From positions 52,948,001 to 53,012,000 of the forward strand of contig CM060731.1 in the NCBI GenBank assembly GCA_030704615.1: a DNA stretch of 64,000 bases, read 5' to 3'. Origin of the DNA: Takakia lepidozioides. Lineage: Eukaryota > Plantae > Bryophyta. The notes beneath the pieces were generated by a model. The model saw nothing but the letters and a program-made list of their open reading frames with translations, was not told the origin of the DNA and did not search any database. A program made the position numbers and the translations under genes. Positions 33,740 to 47,180 of the stretch are shown in pieces. Each line of letters opens with the position of its first letter. Within the stretch, counting starts at the first letter, position 1.

Positions 33740-36700
33740 TCTCGGAAGATGCAGTCTGAGGAAGCCAAAACAAACTTTCTGAGATGACTAATCAAGAGGA
33801 AAGGCTCTTATCTCTTGTCATTCCGAACTCTGTCGCAGAAAAGGAACAACCTCCTCCAAAATCTTCATTAAATAAGCAAGTGAGTCGCTACAGCTACACT
33901 GTCTCACCAGGGTGTAAGTCTTGCCCACGTTTGCTGAGGTTTCTGCAGTGAGTGATCCACTCAGTTTGGAAGCTTGCAAGCTCATGTTGCGAATGTTGAT
34001 TCACCTTACCGTATACCTCAATCGCAATGTTGTACATCTCAACAGCGCAACCTGACCAGTTGGGTTGACCAAATATTAAGACACTCTAGAGTGAGACTGA
34101 TACGATCTGAGAACACGGTTGGAATACAGACATCTTATGAAGGTCAGGGAGCTCACAAATCTTTGTGCTGGATAATGAAAGTCTTCTCAAGACAGCAGCG
34201 CCAGTTGGTCAGTTCACCCCCAGCTTGCTCATGGCATGATTCCTTTCCCTCACCTTCCCAAGTAAAACCACTTAAGAATATAATGTACAAGCAACAAAGC
34301 AGTCAAAAGAAAGACAGAACATGAAGCAGATTTAGTGACAGGACAAGGCAGGTAGATAGTGACTCACCTTTTCCCGATTCCAAAAACTTTCTATGAAAAT
34401 GGTCTAGAGGAGGGAGACATAGGCAGGACGGTGAAGTTCTAGTCGGCCCAGTGAACAAACATCAGCAGCATACGGTTGGAAGCCCATACTAATGACAGCC
34501 AAGGATGCTTGCATCACCACCAACTTGGGTTACACCGGATACAAAACTGCATCACCACCAACTGCACAAGTGCCATGCCAGAGGAATTTCGGAGTCTCAT
34601 CCTATAACCACAGTTCAATGCTTCTGGGTGCTGTCCTTGCAAGTCAACCAGTTTCTTCAGCACAGTGGGTGCAAGTTGAACTGAGGCACTCAGATAAAAA
34701 GGATCGCATTACTTGTGTATTGACTAAGAGGCCGACCGATATTTCCAAAGCAAGCTCTCCCAACCTTGGCAATGGTCTACACAGTGAAGTTCTCGGCCAA
34801 CAAGTGCAGCAAAAGCCTGACTGGAAGACATTGCAGCCAAGCCCTAAATATGAACTTGTGCAACGCGGAACTCTAGTTAGATATTTCAGGGGTGGTTACT
34901 ACCCATGGAAAATTGTGACCTAGACCAAGAGGCTCCACCACTGTTTTCTGAACTTGAGTAGAGGAACCAAAAGCACAACAAATAGTTGTGCCCCACTTTC
35001 AGATGCCACTTGTGTCAGAGTGTACTAACCTGGTAGCATTAAACAGAGTACAAGTTTGTGATTGCTGCATATTCTGGAAGAAAACAACCATCAACTTCCT
35101 ATTGGAAAAATCTGGTAGAGATCACCAAAAAGAAAATATATGCATGTCTGCATCCATAACAATGTTCATGATGTCTGTGTCATTCAACTGAACATTTTCA
35201 CAAATACTTCACTTAGAGAAGGGAGGTTGCAGGGTACTCTTGAGTCTAAAATTGCCACCTTCGCATCGAACTTGAGTACATCCTCTCAACAATAAACAAA
35301 CTCTCAATCTCGCAATGCTTCTATGGACATATAGAGATTGAATATTAATAGATCCGTCATTTCTCCAACATGCATAGGAAGGAGCATGCCAATAAATAGA
35401 GCCTCTCGACCCAATCAAGATACAGTTGGCAAGTAGAATTGGTGGATGGGGAAACAAGGATCGTGCGAATTGAGGGATCAACTCAGTAAACTTGTACAAT
35501 AGAGCATCTGCAGACTCATGAATATGGAGAGAGAGGCGGGTTCGAGCTGCAATCGAGTACAGGGAACAGGGCAGCAAGTAAACGATCACGAAAGTACCAA
35601 GCACGGATCGGATGTCACAGGAGGCACTCAAAGCCAAACAACAAATCATACTACGGTAGTACAGCATTATCGCACCAGAGATCCAGAATCTAAAAAGCTT
35701 TGAGATCCCGCACCTCATCGGGTCCCTGTAGGAGAACATGCTTCTGAATTGCCGTCCAGAGTGATAAAACACTAACCCGCCATCCCTTCCTCTTCCAACT
35801 GGCATTCACACCCAATCATAAGTCCGTCATCGTGTACCTTGCCGCATACCCAAATCGTCGTCTTAGTCCTCAAGAGATCAACAGTCTCTCAGGCGATCTT
35901 TCTCGTATGTAGCCAGGTGTAAGGAAAGTACGATTGACCAGCACTGCTACGCAGACATCCCAACACCCAATCTACAACCTCCCTCAAATTGCGCAACAAG
36001 CCAGGGGAAAAGAATGGCGCAAGGCTGCCGCTCTGATTTCCCTGCACCCAATTATTGCAACACACACACTGGCCAGCCACTACGCCCAACAACACCCCGC
36101 AGATCACAGCATCCCAACAAAACATGCGATCGCTGCCACGGAATCCCCCGCTTCTTCTTTGCTGCAAGCAGCGGGCAGTTGGCGGGGATGACAGGCAATA
36201 ATGCAGATGAATTATGCCAAGAATCTTCATCTAACGACACAACACACCGCTTCTCGTGGAATTGCTTGGCGTACAGGTTGTTGGGCATTTCTCTTCTTGG
36301 CCTTCAGCGTCAGTGCGCGAAGGTGGAGTGTCCCCGCAAGGTGTAGTCTTCTTTTGTCAGTTGTGGTACAGGTCTCTTATGTGGAAAGCCTGAAAGAAAG
36401 GTTTCTTGTTGCTTCCTTCATGGAGTTGGCCCTTGCATCGGTGCTCTAAGGACTTGATGTGGGAGTCAGGGCCGAATTGTCTTGGCTAGGAAGAAGGAGC
36501 ATGCGTGATTGTATGTTATCGCATTACAATCTCATGACATTGCTTCATCCCAATAATCCATTGCTTATATCCTGTGTTTAAGATACATATCCATCAACTT
36601 CTGAGAAGAGTGGCAGGCAAAGAGTCTGAGCTGCTTTCGGAAAATGGGCTTCTAAGAAAAGGGTTGGTGACATGCGGGTCTGGGTCTGAAGCAGGTAAGC

Positions 36701-36780
36701 TCTTCGGCCCCTATCCCGAATCATTCGTGAGGACTTCGGGGAGTAGGTCATGTTTGCAACCACATCTCGCATTGGATCTT

Positions 36781-38311
36781 TTAGTCCCTCCGAGACTTGT
36801 GTGAAGGTCGGGCCTTAGACCTGGGCTTGGGCCTTGCGGGCTCTGCAGATCTGCTGGCCTCCTGCCGGGCAGCCCTTGAGTTTTTATACTCAAATCCAAT
36901 GACATCAGGGATGTGGGTGCTATCTTTGATGCGAAAATAGCGACACAAGGCAGTATTTTCCAATGCGGGGAAGGAGGGTGCAACAATCTTGTTGATTAGA
37001 AAGTACCAAAAAGTGCCCAAGAGCAGACCCAGAGATCCGCCAGCAAACACTTGCCCGGTGGTATGGTAGCCTAGATACACTCGTGAATACATCACCGTGG
37101 GCACAAACGGCCATGGTATGAAAATTGTGAAAGCCTTGCTGAATTTATCTGCAAAATGAAGCTTCCGGATGCATAGGAGAGAGAGGTAAATGGAGAAAAG
37201 ACACATGAATTGGGAGTGACTCGATGGCCAACCCTGCGAGTCGCACATCTCCAAAGCTTTACACGATGGTGGGCGTGGCTCCTTCACTACTGCTTTCATG
37301 ATCTGCAAACAGGTTTTTATCTGTCAGGGTTGAATAGGACCTCCCTGCTACGCGATGACACCCATCATATTGCAGATATGTATTGCGCCCCTTGATGACG
37401 GTAGCTTTAGGGTGGATCCTGATCCGGCAAGTAAAGAGGTAGCTGACCCTCCGTGACGCGGGAGTTTTTGGTCCTGATCTAGGAAGTTCTGACCGAGTAG
37501 TTCTTACAGAGAAGAAATGAGCAAGTTTTCTTCTTGTTCGCACTATGGGGGGAGATATTAGGGCGTGGATCATGCGCATAAAACAGGTTGCTTTCACGTA
37601 GACCGACATAGTGAAAGAGGACGATTTAACGCCCCCAACCTCCTTATGTTAATAAGGATTCTTCCGTACTTACAAGGATTCAGTGCTGAAGCACGGATTT
37701 AAGTGATGCTGTATTTATATATATCCATGTAACTGTGATGTGATCTTATGACAGAGGGTGATCTTAACCTTTTGAGGATCACGCTCTAAATATCATACGA
37801 TCACCTGACTCCCGAGAGTGAGGTGCTCACAAACACTTCTGTCTATGGAAGTATCCATGTACTGAATGGTGAGCATCTGGATGTAACCAGAAAACTCACA
37901 ATGCTGTGGGCTATAAGTCCATCATGAATTTTACATGCTCTATTCTGGACATTGGCCTGCGAGACGTTTAAAAAAGCTTGGCATCCAACATTGACGTGGA
38001 GTCAGCCACACTACGCTGTCGGAGAGAATCCTGTTTCTCTCAGTGCTTGCTCTCGGTTCAGGACTCCTGAAGAACAAAAATTCAGAAGGAACTTTGAAAA
38101 GTACCTGGTTGGTGCACTCAGAAACTCCCAATCCCAGACCGAAAAACAGTGACTGAAGTTCGCGCCTGAACAGAATGTGTGTGACAAATCCTCCCAGAGC
38201 GATGAACACTGGCAGCAAGGATGCCCATCCGAGTATCTGCCCCAGTATGTCCCCATCAACGTATCGCACGTGTGTCAACGACACTGCCTTGAGCGCCCCT
38301 CTATCCGTCAT
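36781..38311 (-). CDS. LPPG: Lipid phosphate phosphatase gamma / dolichyldiphosphatase-like PAP2 enzyme, 2 exons (38311-38105, 37302-36781), 242 aa
   Basis: LKAVSLTHVRY N-terminus; PAP2 motifs KxxxxxxRP, PSSH, SRVYLGYH; phase-0 GT-AG intron. Confidence 0.93.
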
Positions 38312-40619
38312 TACGGGGTTGCTGGTGCGTGCACGGAGGGACTATGGCAAGACGGAGGGTTGGGTGTGATTGCAACGAGGCTATGTGGTGGTATGAATTT
38401 ACTGAAAACATTGGAGTACTGTAGTATGCGATTGCAGAAGCCGCCAGTGCACAGTACTTAGAGTGCCGAGAGAACAAGTGAATGATGAGGCCCTGTACAG
38501 TTGAGATTTTGATGGAACAGCATAGAGAGAGTTTGAGCAAGAAAGAAAAAGAGAGACTTTTATAACGCAGTACTATACAATTGACTTCGGTTGTAGCAAG
38601 AAAACAGACATCTAACACATATGTCAAGACCAGAGGAGATACTAAACTTTCAAAAACAGATCTGGAGGCCCTGCAGAAGTAAGAAAATAAGCAAAGCTTT
38701 GAGTCATGAAGGAAAGAGAGTACAATAAGCTTCCAACTAGTTTCTGGGCAACTCGCACACTTACTCGAGGTCTTGAAGAACTCAAACACCACAATCAACT
38801 AATGAGGTTCATTTACGAGCTTCTGCAGAAAGAGTTTGAAACATAACAACAGACTCAAGATTGATTCTCCAGAACTGAGAAACGAAATTCAAATCAAAAC
38901 TGCTTTTTTGTCGTTCGACCCGGGAAACTTAGATGCTAAAACTGAAGAAGACCCTTTGCGCTGAGACTACGGAAAACAGATCGACGAAACCCTTCAAGGA
39001 GAAATGCACTCCGAAATAAAAGAGGAAGGGAGAGAAGAGATGCGAAAGCGAGAGATCGGGGGAGGCAGATTGCGAAGAGCCATCTTTCACTCATGACCGA
39101 AAGTGTAAGTCAGAGCACTCGGACAACTCAGGATGATCACCGATGAGCAATTCGTGACCTGATGGATGCATCGCCACTTATGAATGGAATTGGGTGGCCC
39201 CATTTGAAGCCTTGCTCCATTGCAGTGCATGCTTGCTTTTGGGAAGGAGGTTCTCTTTGAGCTTGATATCAACTCCGATCTGCTGCTCGTATGACCACAG
39301 CAGACGTCCAAGGCATCTGTGCTCAGCCGTCGCCATCAAGCTAGTGGTGTGGGAGGCTTTGTGGTACACATCCGTGGGCTTGGGCACAGGGTTTCCTCAT
39401 TTCCACAACTGCTGGTAGAGTGGATATACCCAGCTCACATTTTGGAATTATTCCCCAAGAGAACTGGAAATGCAGTGAAACAGCTACAACATTTTCACTG
39501 GAACATGACTCCATAGAAATAGAATTAGGAAGGCAGTTCAAGAGCCCAAAGTTCGTTGTTCTTAGGAAGTTCAAAAGCAAGCAGTGAAGGAATCTGGGTT
39601 TTAACTTACTTGGCCATCGAGCTGTTGAGTCCATCGGACCTTCACAACTTAGCAGACCCTCAAAGTAGCATGCCAATACACCAGAAAGTGGTAGATTTAC
39701 TAGAAATTATGTTGTTATTGCAAGGTGCAAAAGAAGAAAACATTGAATGGGTGACAGTTTACTCATGGCACAACACAGGAATTTTATTATGACAACAGAC
39801 ACCAACAGATGCTACCTCCAGTTCATGGCAGAGCTGAAGAGTATCCTACAAGCATGGGGATAAGCCAGCCTCAAACCCAAATCGGACTGTCCATACTGCA
39901 TCTGGGGAGCGAACGAGCAAAGCTGTCACTAGCAGTCAAGCTCAAAAAATATGCATCTCCACTCCTGTCGATCAGCTTGTCTACCTTGAGGTGACAAAAT
40001 TGATCAATCTAAGCTTGGATGCAAGGCTAATTTGGGTTACTTCAGAGACGAGCTGACCACCGTCACCCTCGAGAATCAAAGGGCACTATCTTCTGTCCCT
40101 TAAAAGTGTTCTCAAATTGACTCAAATCTTCCTAGCCACACCCACAGCTAACCTGAAGACTTTTAATGCTCCCTGTATGACTTCGAGGCGTCATACCTTC
40201 TGGCTGCCAGCACTTGCTGGCTGTATCTCTACCGAGTCCAAAAACACAGCCTTGGGTCCTCACAAATCAGATATGAGTTTGCTACTAATTCGATTCCATC
40301 TACCTTTGTAATAATTGGGGCAAAATGAACAATTGTTGCGGATTCTCCTTTGGAGCCGGGCAGCCATACTAAAAATGTGTGTGAATCTAGAATGAACATA
40401 TCTCCTTAGCTGTGGACAGAAGAGCTGGCGCTTCAAAAGACATTGTCATAAATTCAATCAAAAATTGGAAAGTCCCATAAGCTGGCACAACCACACTCTA
40501 GTGCAGGCACCTAACCTTCTGATGAATGGTCTTGCTGCTACTTTGTACCAACCCACACATACTTCAAATAGTGTCAGTCGATGTGTGCAAGGTTTTGTGG
40601 CATGCATGACCTCAGGGGT

Positions 40620-42660
40620 CTCCAATTCAATGTGCATTCCCTGAAGCCGGAGCTCAATTGAGTCAAAGTGTTGCTTGAGGGTCTCCTTCAGCGGTGGATA
40701 GGCAAACGTATACTCAATTGCTTCCTTAGCCAGCTTGAGGAGCTCCTCGGATGTCAGATCTAGCAAACATACATTTATCATCGATCAGAATGACGGTATC
40801 CTTATCCTCATCAGGAGGTAGATTTGATTGCTGTCATGATTTGATGGACTCTTAGGCTGCACTTTGAAGGCTAGCCAGATTGCAAGCAACCTACTTGGTC
40901 TCTCTCCTTAATAGCAGTCCTCTTGCAAGCTCAATTTGAAGCAGTATGCATGCCTCTATAATGTTGATACATGACACTTACCAAGACAAGCAGCAGCAAG
41001 AGCATATTCTCGAGAAAGGCTGGTTGAAAAAATGCCTGGATCAGATGACGATCGGGAGGTTGGCTTTGCCACTGTCCCCACCACATCAGCATCACCCTGT
41101 TTCCTTGTCAATTGGCAAAAACTGAAACTTCCCACCATCGGATTACCATAAACTTCATGAACTCTACCAATCACGTCTGTCCCTGAGGCACGAGGCTTTC
41201 TCGAAACTACAAACCTGGTAAAGTGTCCTGGAAGCCCCTGTCTCAACTGAAGCGTGAGCCAGACTGATCCTACAGACCCCCTGTCATCACAGACCAGTGT
41301 TTTTTTTTTCACTTTTCCGAAATCGCAGGCAGGGCGATATGTAGATTCTACCCAGCACCCATGTGGCGTGAATAACGAGTGAGAGTTAGAAAAGTGGCTA
41401 TATTACAGGTGTCATATTTTAACAGGTCCGCGTAGGACAAATCTGGCTCCTGATATTTGCGCCAATGGTCAAATATTAGCCCATTTTCCAGGTCGAAATC
41501 TGGCGGTTTTTCGCCAGATTTAAAAACACTGTCACAGACTGAGAAGAAATAAAGCTTGCAAAGGGCTTTCATGTTACTCTTCAGTTCTGAACATAGTCTG
41601 ACAAGTTTTCTTCTGGCAACAAGAAAGTGCCGTTGAAATAGCACAATGTATCTTGAATTATATTAAAATCACAAATACTTCTTTAAAATTTCAAAAAACT
41701 TTTAGCAGAAAAGGGAATGTGGATGTGCAACAAACTTAAGTGGAACCTCCTGAAAGTTTCTGAAGGAACCAACACCAGGGCAGATCTACAAAAGGCGAGA
41801 GAGAACCAACCAAAGTGATGGTCCAGGATGGATGGCACACTCAAAGTTGCCAAGTTGGAGGTGAGGCATACCTCCACCTGCGCAATCCACCCTCCCATTC
41901 ATGATGCCCAAGCCCTTCTGTTTGCCGGCCAGAGTATCCTCAGATAATATGTCATGCCAGTCAGTGGTAAGTATGATTGCATTGGTGCGTGCTGATACGA
42001 GGGATGTGAACATGATGATATGACTGTATGCAAAATCTGAAAATGGAAAAGGCTAACAGCAGTTTATGACCCGCTTTTGTGGCATCGCTGCATGAATCTT
42101 CTCTGGAGAGCAGTCTTCCTATGGTGAATCTGTGGCCCTCTTCAAGTCAGGATTTTGGATGGATTTAAGACAAGTAGATGGCCAAAATCAATCCCTCTTA
42201 CAATGTGGGAAGAAGCCTTCGTAGGTTGCTATCCTTCTTTGTGCTTCCTGTTCCCCCTACGACTTTGTGAGGGTAGGTTCTATGTCCGTTGCACTACCTA
42301 GATTGATGGTCATGTCACTCTCCACAACCATGCCACAAATCATCTGCTTGATATTACTTACAGGGATACCAGAGGCCAGCAGTTTGCACCGGTCAGAGTC
42401 ATCTAGGCAGTAGACACGGCCCACTCGTTCTGGGCGAAAGGCGAGCATGGCTTGCACTTCTTCAGGATTGTGCACCTACATACCACATTCAACACTTTGT
42501 CACCTACAGCATATCAAACCTCATGGTATCTGCTAGCACTGCACGACTTCAGGCCTTGTTACAGTCATTTCCTTTTTGACAAGTGCAGTTGAGAAGGCAC
42601 CAATGAACACAACAGTTACACCACTGCTGAAAACAGTCCTCTCCGCAGTGTAGAGTCCAG
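40620..42660 (-). pseudogene. Adenosine-deaminase-like (ADAL/MAPDA type) gene, 3' exons, degenerate
   Basis: TLHCGE (~42657-42640), VHNPEEVQAMLAFRPERVGRVYC...SGIP, VEVCLTSN...DHHF, DPGIFSTSLSREY, EELLKLAKEAIEYTFA. The conserved His of RIGH reads R and TDD reads SD. Confidence 0.8.
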
Positions 42661-44522
42661 TTTGAGCGGAACACAAAGGGACAGATACTACCTTTGTCAG
42701 GGGCTGACGCTGGTGGTATGAGAACAGGGATTGTACTCATAAGACATTGTTTGCCATAGATATTTGATAGCAGCACATAAGCTCCAGTATGCTGTGGGAC
42801 CCACTTGAGAATGAATTTTGCTGCTCGTTTGCCTACCTCCACATCACCATGGATTCTGCAGGCACCAAGCAATGCCCCCCACACTGAATCATTAGGTTCC
42901 ATTGGCATTCGGTTGATGATGTCCTCTGCCTCTTCTAGGAGCCCTGCACGGCCAAGGAGGTCCACCATGCAGCCAAAATGCTCCACTGTAGGTGTGAGAC
43001 CGTGATATCCACTCATGGAATGAAAGTAATGACGACCTTCATCCAGTAGGCCCACATGGCTACATGCAGAGATAACAGAAATGAACGTGAGCCCGTCCGG
43101 CTTCAAGCCTTCCGATAGCATTTGGTCAAAGAGTTGGAGGGCTTCTCTGCCACACCCATGCTGAGCATATCCTGCAATAATCACATTCCATGAGACCACA
43201 TCTCGATTAGCCATTTTGGCAAATACTTCACGTGCATCTTTTAAGCTCCCACATTTGGCATACATGTTAACAAGAGTATTCTCCAAATTCATATAGGACC
43301 CGACTCCGGCTTGGATGATGTCGGCATGGACCGTCTTTCCCTTTTCAAGAACTCCTAGGCTGGCACATGCATTGAGAACGCAAATGAATGTGACCCTGGT
43401 GGGTGTCACCCCTTCCTGTTGCATTTTCTTGTACAGTTTGAGAGCCTCTTCACCACACCCGTGCTGAGCATATCCTGCGATCATCGCATTCCATGACACC
43501 ACATTTGAGGTAGCCATTTTGTCGAAGAGTTCCTGTGCATCCTTTAGACTCCCGCATTTGGCATACATGTCAATAAGAGTTGTCTCCAAAATAATGGTTG
43601 GAGTGATTCCAGCTTTGATGATGTCAGCATGGACCTGCTTGCCCTTTTCCAAGGTGCCTAAATTGCCATAAACATTGAGAATGCAGATAAACGTAACCAT
43701 GTCTGGAGTCACCCCTTCCCGTTGCATTTGCTCATAAAATTTCAGAAACTCTTCTGCTCGGCCATGCTGAGCATATCCTGTAAGCATTGTGTTCCATGAG
43801 ATGACATCTCGATTGGTCATTTTGTCAAACACTTCCCGTGCATCTCTTAAGCTCCCACATTTGGCATACATGTCAATAAGAGTATTCTCCAGATTGATAT
43901 ATGGCAAAATGCCAGCTTTGATGATGTTGGCATGTACTTGCTTGCCCTTCTCCAGGGCTCTGAGGCTGGCACACGCATTAAGGATGCAAATGAATGTGAT
44001 CCTATTTGCCATCACCCCTTCTCGTTGCATTTGGCTATAGATTCTGAAAGCCTCCTCAGCCTGCCCATGCTTTGCATATCCTGCAATCATTATAGTCCAC
44101 GAAACTATATTTCGTTGAGGCATTTCCTCAAAAACGTGTCGCGCATCCACCATGCTCCCACATTTGGCATACATGTTGACAAGAGTGCTAACTACAACGA
44201 TGTTAGACATTAATTCACTTCGTATAATGTGTGCATGCACCTGCTTTCCTTCTGCCAGAGCTTTCATGTTCATGCATGCCTGCAAGAGAGAGACAAAAGT
44301 TTTGGAATCCCGCTGGATGCATTGATTGTCCAGAATGTGCAGTGCCTCTTTCAGTTTTCCCTCCTCACACAGCACCCTCACATCCGCACCAGAGACACCA
44401 GTGACTCCCTCCCTTGGTCCTCTCTTTAAAGTACCGGTGATGGTGGAGGGGCTACTGTAGCCACTAGTATGATGTCCACTGAACACGTATCCCCGGTTCA
44501 ACCTTGCCATCCTGCATTCCAA
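42549..44522 (-). CDS. PLS-class pentatricopeptide repeat protein, ends within the E domain, no DYW
   Basis: Repeated P-L-S triplets (LIDMYAKCGSL.DA..VF..M...DVVSWN.MI.GYAQHG), CMVDLLGRAG, WGALLGACRIHG, YVLLSNIY, then unrelated sequence. First ATG at 44510. Confidence 0.9.
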   Translation of the reverse strand: MECRMARLNRGYVFSGHHTSGYSSPSTITGTLKRGPREGVTGVSGADVRVLCEEGKLKEALHILDNQCIQRDSKTFVSLLQACMNMKALAEGKQVHAHIIRSELMSNIVVVSTLVNMYAKCGSMVDARHVFEEMPQRNIVSWTIMIAGYAKHGQAEEAFRIYSQMQREGVMANRITFICILNACASLRALEKGKQVHANIIKAGILPYINLENTLIDMYAKCGSLRDAREVFDKMTNRDVISWNTMLTGYAQHGRAEEFLKFYEQMQREGVTPDMVTFICILNVYGNLGTLEKGKQVHADIIKAGITPTIILETTLIDMYAKCGSLKDAQELFDKMATSNVVSWNAMIAGYAQHGCGEEALKLYKKMQQEGVTPTRVTFICVLNACASLGVLEKGKTVHADIIQAGVGSYMNLENTLVNMYAKCGSLKDAREVFAKMANRDVVSWNVIIAGYAQHGCGREALQLFDQMLSEGLKPDGLTFISVISACSHVGLLDEGRHYFHSMSGYHGLTPTVEHFGCMVDLLGRAGLLEEAEDIINRMPMEPNDSVWGALLGACRIHGDVEVGKRAAKFILKWVPQHTGAYVLLSNIYGKQCLMSTIPVLIPPASAPDKGSICPFVFRSNWTLHCGEDCFQQWCNCCVHWCLLNCTCQKGNDCNKA

Positions 44523-47004
44523 AGAAAGACGGATAGGCTTTTCCAGATTTCACCGGGTTACAGCACTTCGGCAATCATCTCCATAGAAATTAAACCCTGT
44601 GGGCATTGAACTGACCCTTGCATCATCGCCCTTCAAACAACACCCACATTCTCGGACTGGGAGCCATGCTGCATATAAAAATGAACGCCATCAACAGATC
44701 GTGTTCCAGTTTAGGGCTTCCTCCAGGGCTGATCAGCCGGCGGACGGAAAGGTGAGACCCTCCTCTCAGTAGTATTTGTTACGGTTTTTTGCGGCCGTAT
44801 GATAGCTGCATTCCTTTCTTGTTGTTGTGGACTGACGAGGTGCAGGCTTACGAGTGGTTTTTTCCCCGCGGCTGGTTTTAGACGCTTCCTCTGACTCGAA
44901 GATGTTTCGTTGTGATAGGTACTAGCAGCATAGCCAGCACTAAACCTTGAGGCGGTCGAACGACGTTGATCATCGCAACTAGCCACAGACTGAACATTCC
45001 GTCGCCTCTTCAAATATTTCACATTCTAAACGGTGGCAATCCTCGTATAGATTTCCCCCGTTAATATACTCCATCGGTTGATTGCAATGCCAACGTTGTG
45101 AGTTGAGCGTCTTGCAATTGTCAGGAAGCTGAGCACACAGCGAGACAAGCAAGCAAGCAAGTAAGCAAGCAGCGCCCGCTGTCTGTGGGGAACATCTTCG
45201 GGCGGTTTTTTGGGTAAGTTTAGTAGTCTTTTCAGGCTGTGCAATTTCGGTTTGAGTCAATCGCCATAGATATGCAGAGCTTACAGTAGAGTGCGTATCT
45301 CTTGCAGTTCTGTTATGGGGTCTGGTTGAGCGCATTAGTGATGATGCCTGCATGCTGGGATTCTTGCATCGTCGTTACAATATTCCAATCATTAGGTGTA
45401 TTGAGAAGTTCGCGAAGTTGCTCAAAGCATGTCTGTTTGTGTGTTTGCAGGGAAGTATAAAATACACCGTCAGCTGCCGATTCTTTTGAATCATCCGGAA
45501 CAGGGGATACAATTGCGTGACTAGGGTTTGGCTAGGGTTTGGGGCCACGAGTGCGAACACTATATTGGTCGCAACATACAGTACCATCCACGCTCGATTC
45601 ACGATCCACGACCCAGCCATGGACTGCTGGGATGATTATGCGGACGTTGTAACTTTTGTTGGATCTGTTCCGGCTGTGATAGTCGACGACGCAACGGAGA
45701 TGATGTTGTTCGACACGGTCCAAACGTACGAGCGGGTGGAGTCATTCGTCGAGGGCGCATCTTATTCGAGCTGTAGGCGCCTTGTCACAGCAAACTGCGC
45801 ATTCGGAGACGTGTGTTTGGGCAGCGAGGAGAGGAGGGCTGCCACGCTGTGGGAGCTCTTCTTGCCGACCTACACCATGCGAGGTCGTTCAGGTCCTGCC
45901 GTCCTGTTCGTTGATGATGTGCAACAAGCGCAGCCTCAAGGCCCGCGCGCCTTTGCAAGTGGGGCCTGTGGGAGCTCTTCCTACCCAAGTCCTATGCCAG
46001 TCGAGGTTGGCCCTCTTGTCGGCCGCTCCCCGTCGTCGTAATGATGCTCCCCAGGAGCAACCTCCAAGCCTGCATGCCTATCTGCAGTGACCACCTATAT
46101 TGGTTGATCACGGCCTTTGCTGATCCTAGATTTTTTCGCCCAGGATGGTTCCTGTTTTCGAAGCTCTCTACACTGCAGGAACCAGAAAGAGGGTCTCTCT
46201 CTCTCGCACTCTTGCGGTTATGGTGTACCAAAAACAAATTATTTCAGTTTCATCAACTGTGACATTTCAGTTTACCAAGCGGATATGCTCCGCGGTTGAG
46301 CGATGGTGTGAATCGGAGCGCTACTGGATGCGCGCTGACATTGGAGCATGGTGCATTAGCAACGTTTTCTGGCATATCAGCCTTTTTTTCCCTCCGTGTG
46401 CGCATGCAGCTCCTGGGCTTTCACCCAATATGAGTTCCACCAACTCTCAATCCTCAGGGACTCCTTTGCACGTTTTATGTTGGAGAGGGATGATGCAAAT
46501 ATGAGGGCAACTGCTTATGCGCTCTAGAGCATCTCCACCGGGTACACCAAACAACACTGCCGCGGAAACCTCCCGCGGCCTCCAACACTTCCCTCCCCCA
46601 CTGGCAGCCCCATCAAACTACCTTGCACAGGTCATTTTTGCTGACGGGCCTTGCTACGGAGGGCCCACTTGGCAGACACGACCTTACCCTCACGACCTTA
46701 CCCTTATGCCATAAATGCACGCTGCCGCCCTTTTTAGTCTCTCCATCATGTATCAGCCGGGCTTAGTAGGCCGATATCCTGCACCAAAGCACGGGCCGGG
46801 GGCGGATACCAGGGTTGAGGGCTCCTTTGCGGTTGCCATGACATTTAGGGTATTTAGGGAGATGCTCTTAAACCTGCCTACTCACACTCCCTTCCATCCA
46901 CGCCGATGAACCGTACGAAGTCATCCCTACGTACCAGATGCACAAGCACCCAAAATTAGGGGAGATTCCACCATTTTATTTGGGAGTTATAACCAGTGTT
47001 GTGC

Positions 47005-47180
47005 GGGTACCCGCTTAGGCGGGTTGGAACCGGAACCGGCAACCAGTTACCGGAACCGGCACCGGGGGAGCAGGGACGAGACGGTTCCAGAACCGGAACC
47101 GGCGGGTTCGGGTTTTTCCAGGAACCGGCTTGGAACTGGAACCGGGGTCAGTGGCGGTTCCGGATCCGGTTCCCGCACTA
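47005..47180. repeat. hAT subterminal GGAACC/GGTTCC repeats followed by a poly-T run
   Basis: About 10 direct and inverted copies. Confidence 0.85.

Noticed and set aside
33974-36780. Several 60-200 aa ORFs between the membrane-protein and LPP-gamma genes
   Set aside because: No motifs; most likely UTR, intron or intergenic sequence.
39087-39680. Possible decayed gene fragment upstream of LPP-gamma
   Set aside because: Short overlapping ORFs with no family motif I can identify.
45517-46041. 174-aa ORF with coding-like composition
   Set aside because: No recognisable motif, homolog in the window or splice structure; cannot be supported without a search.
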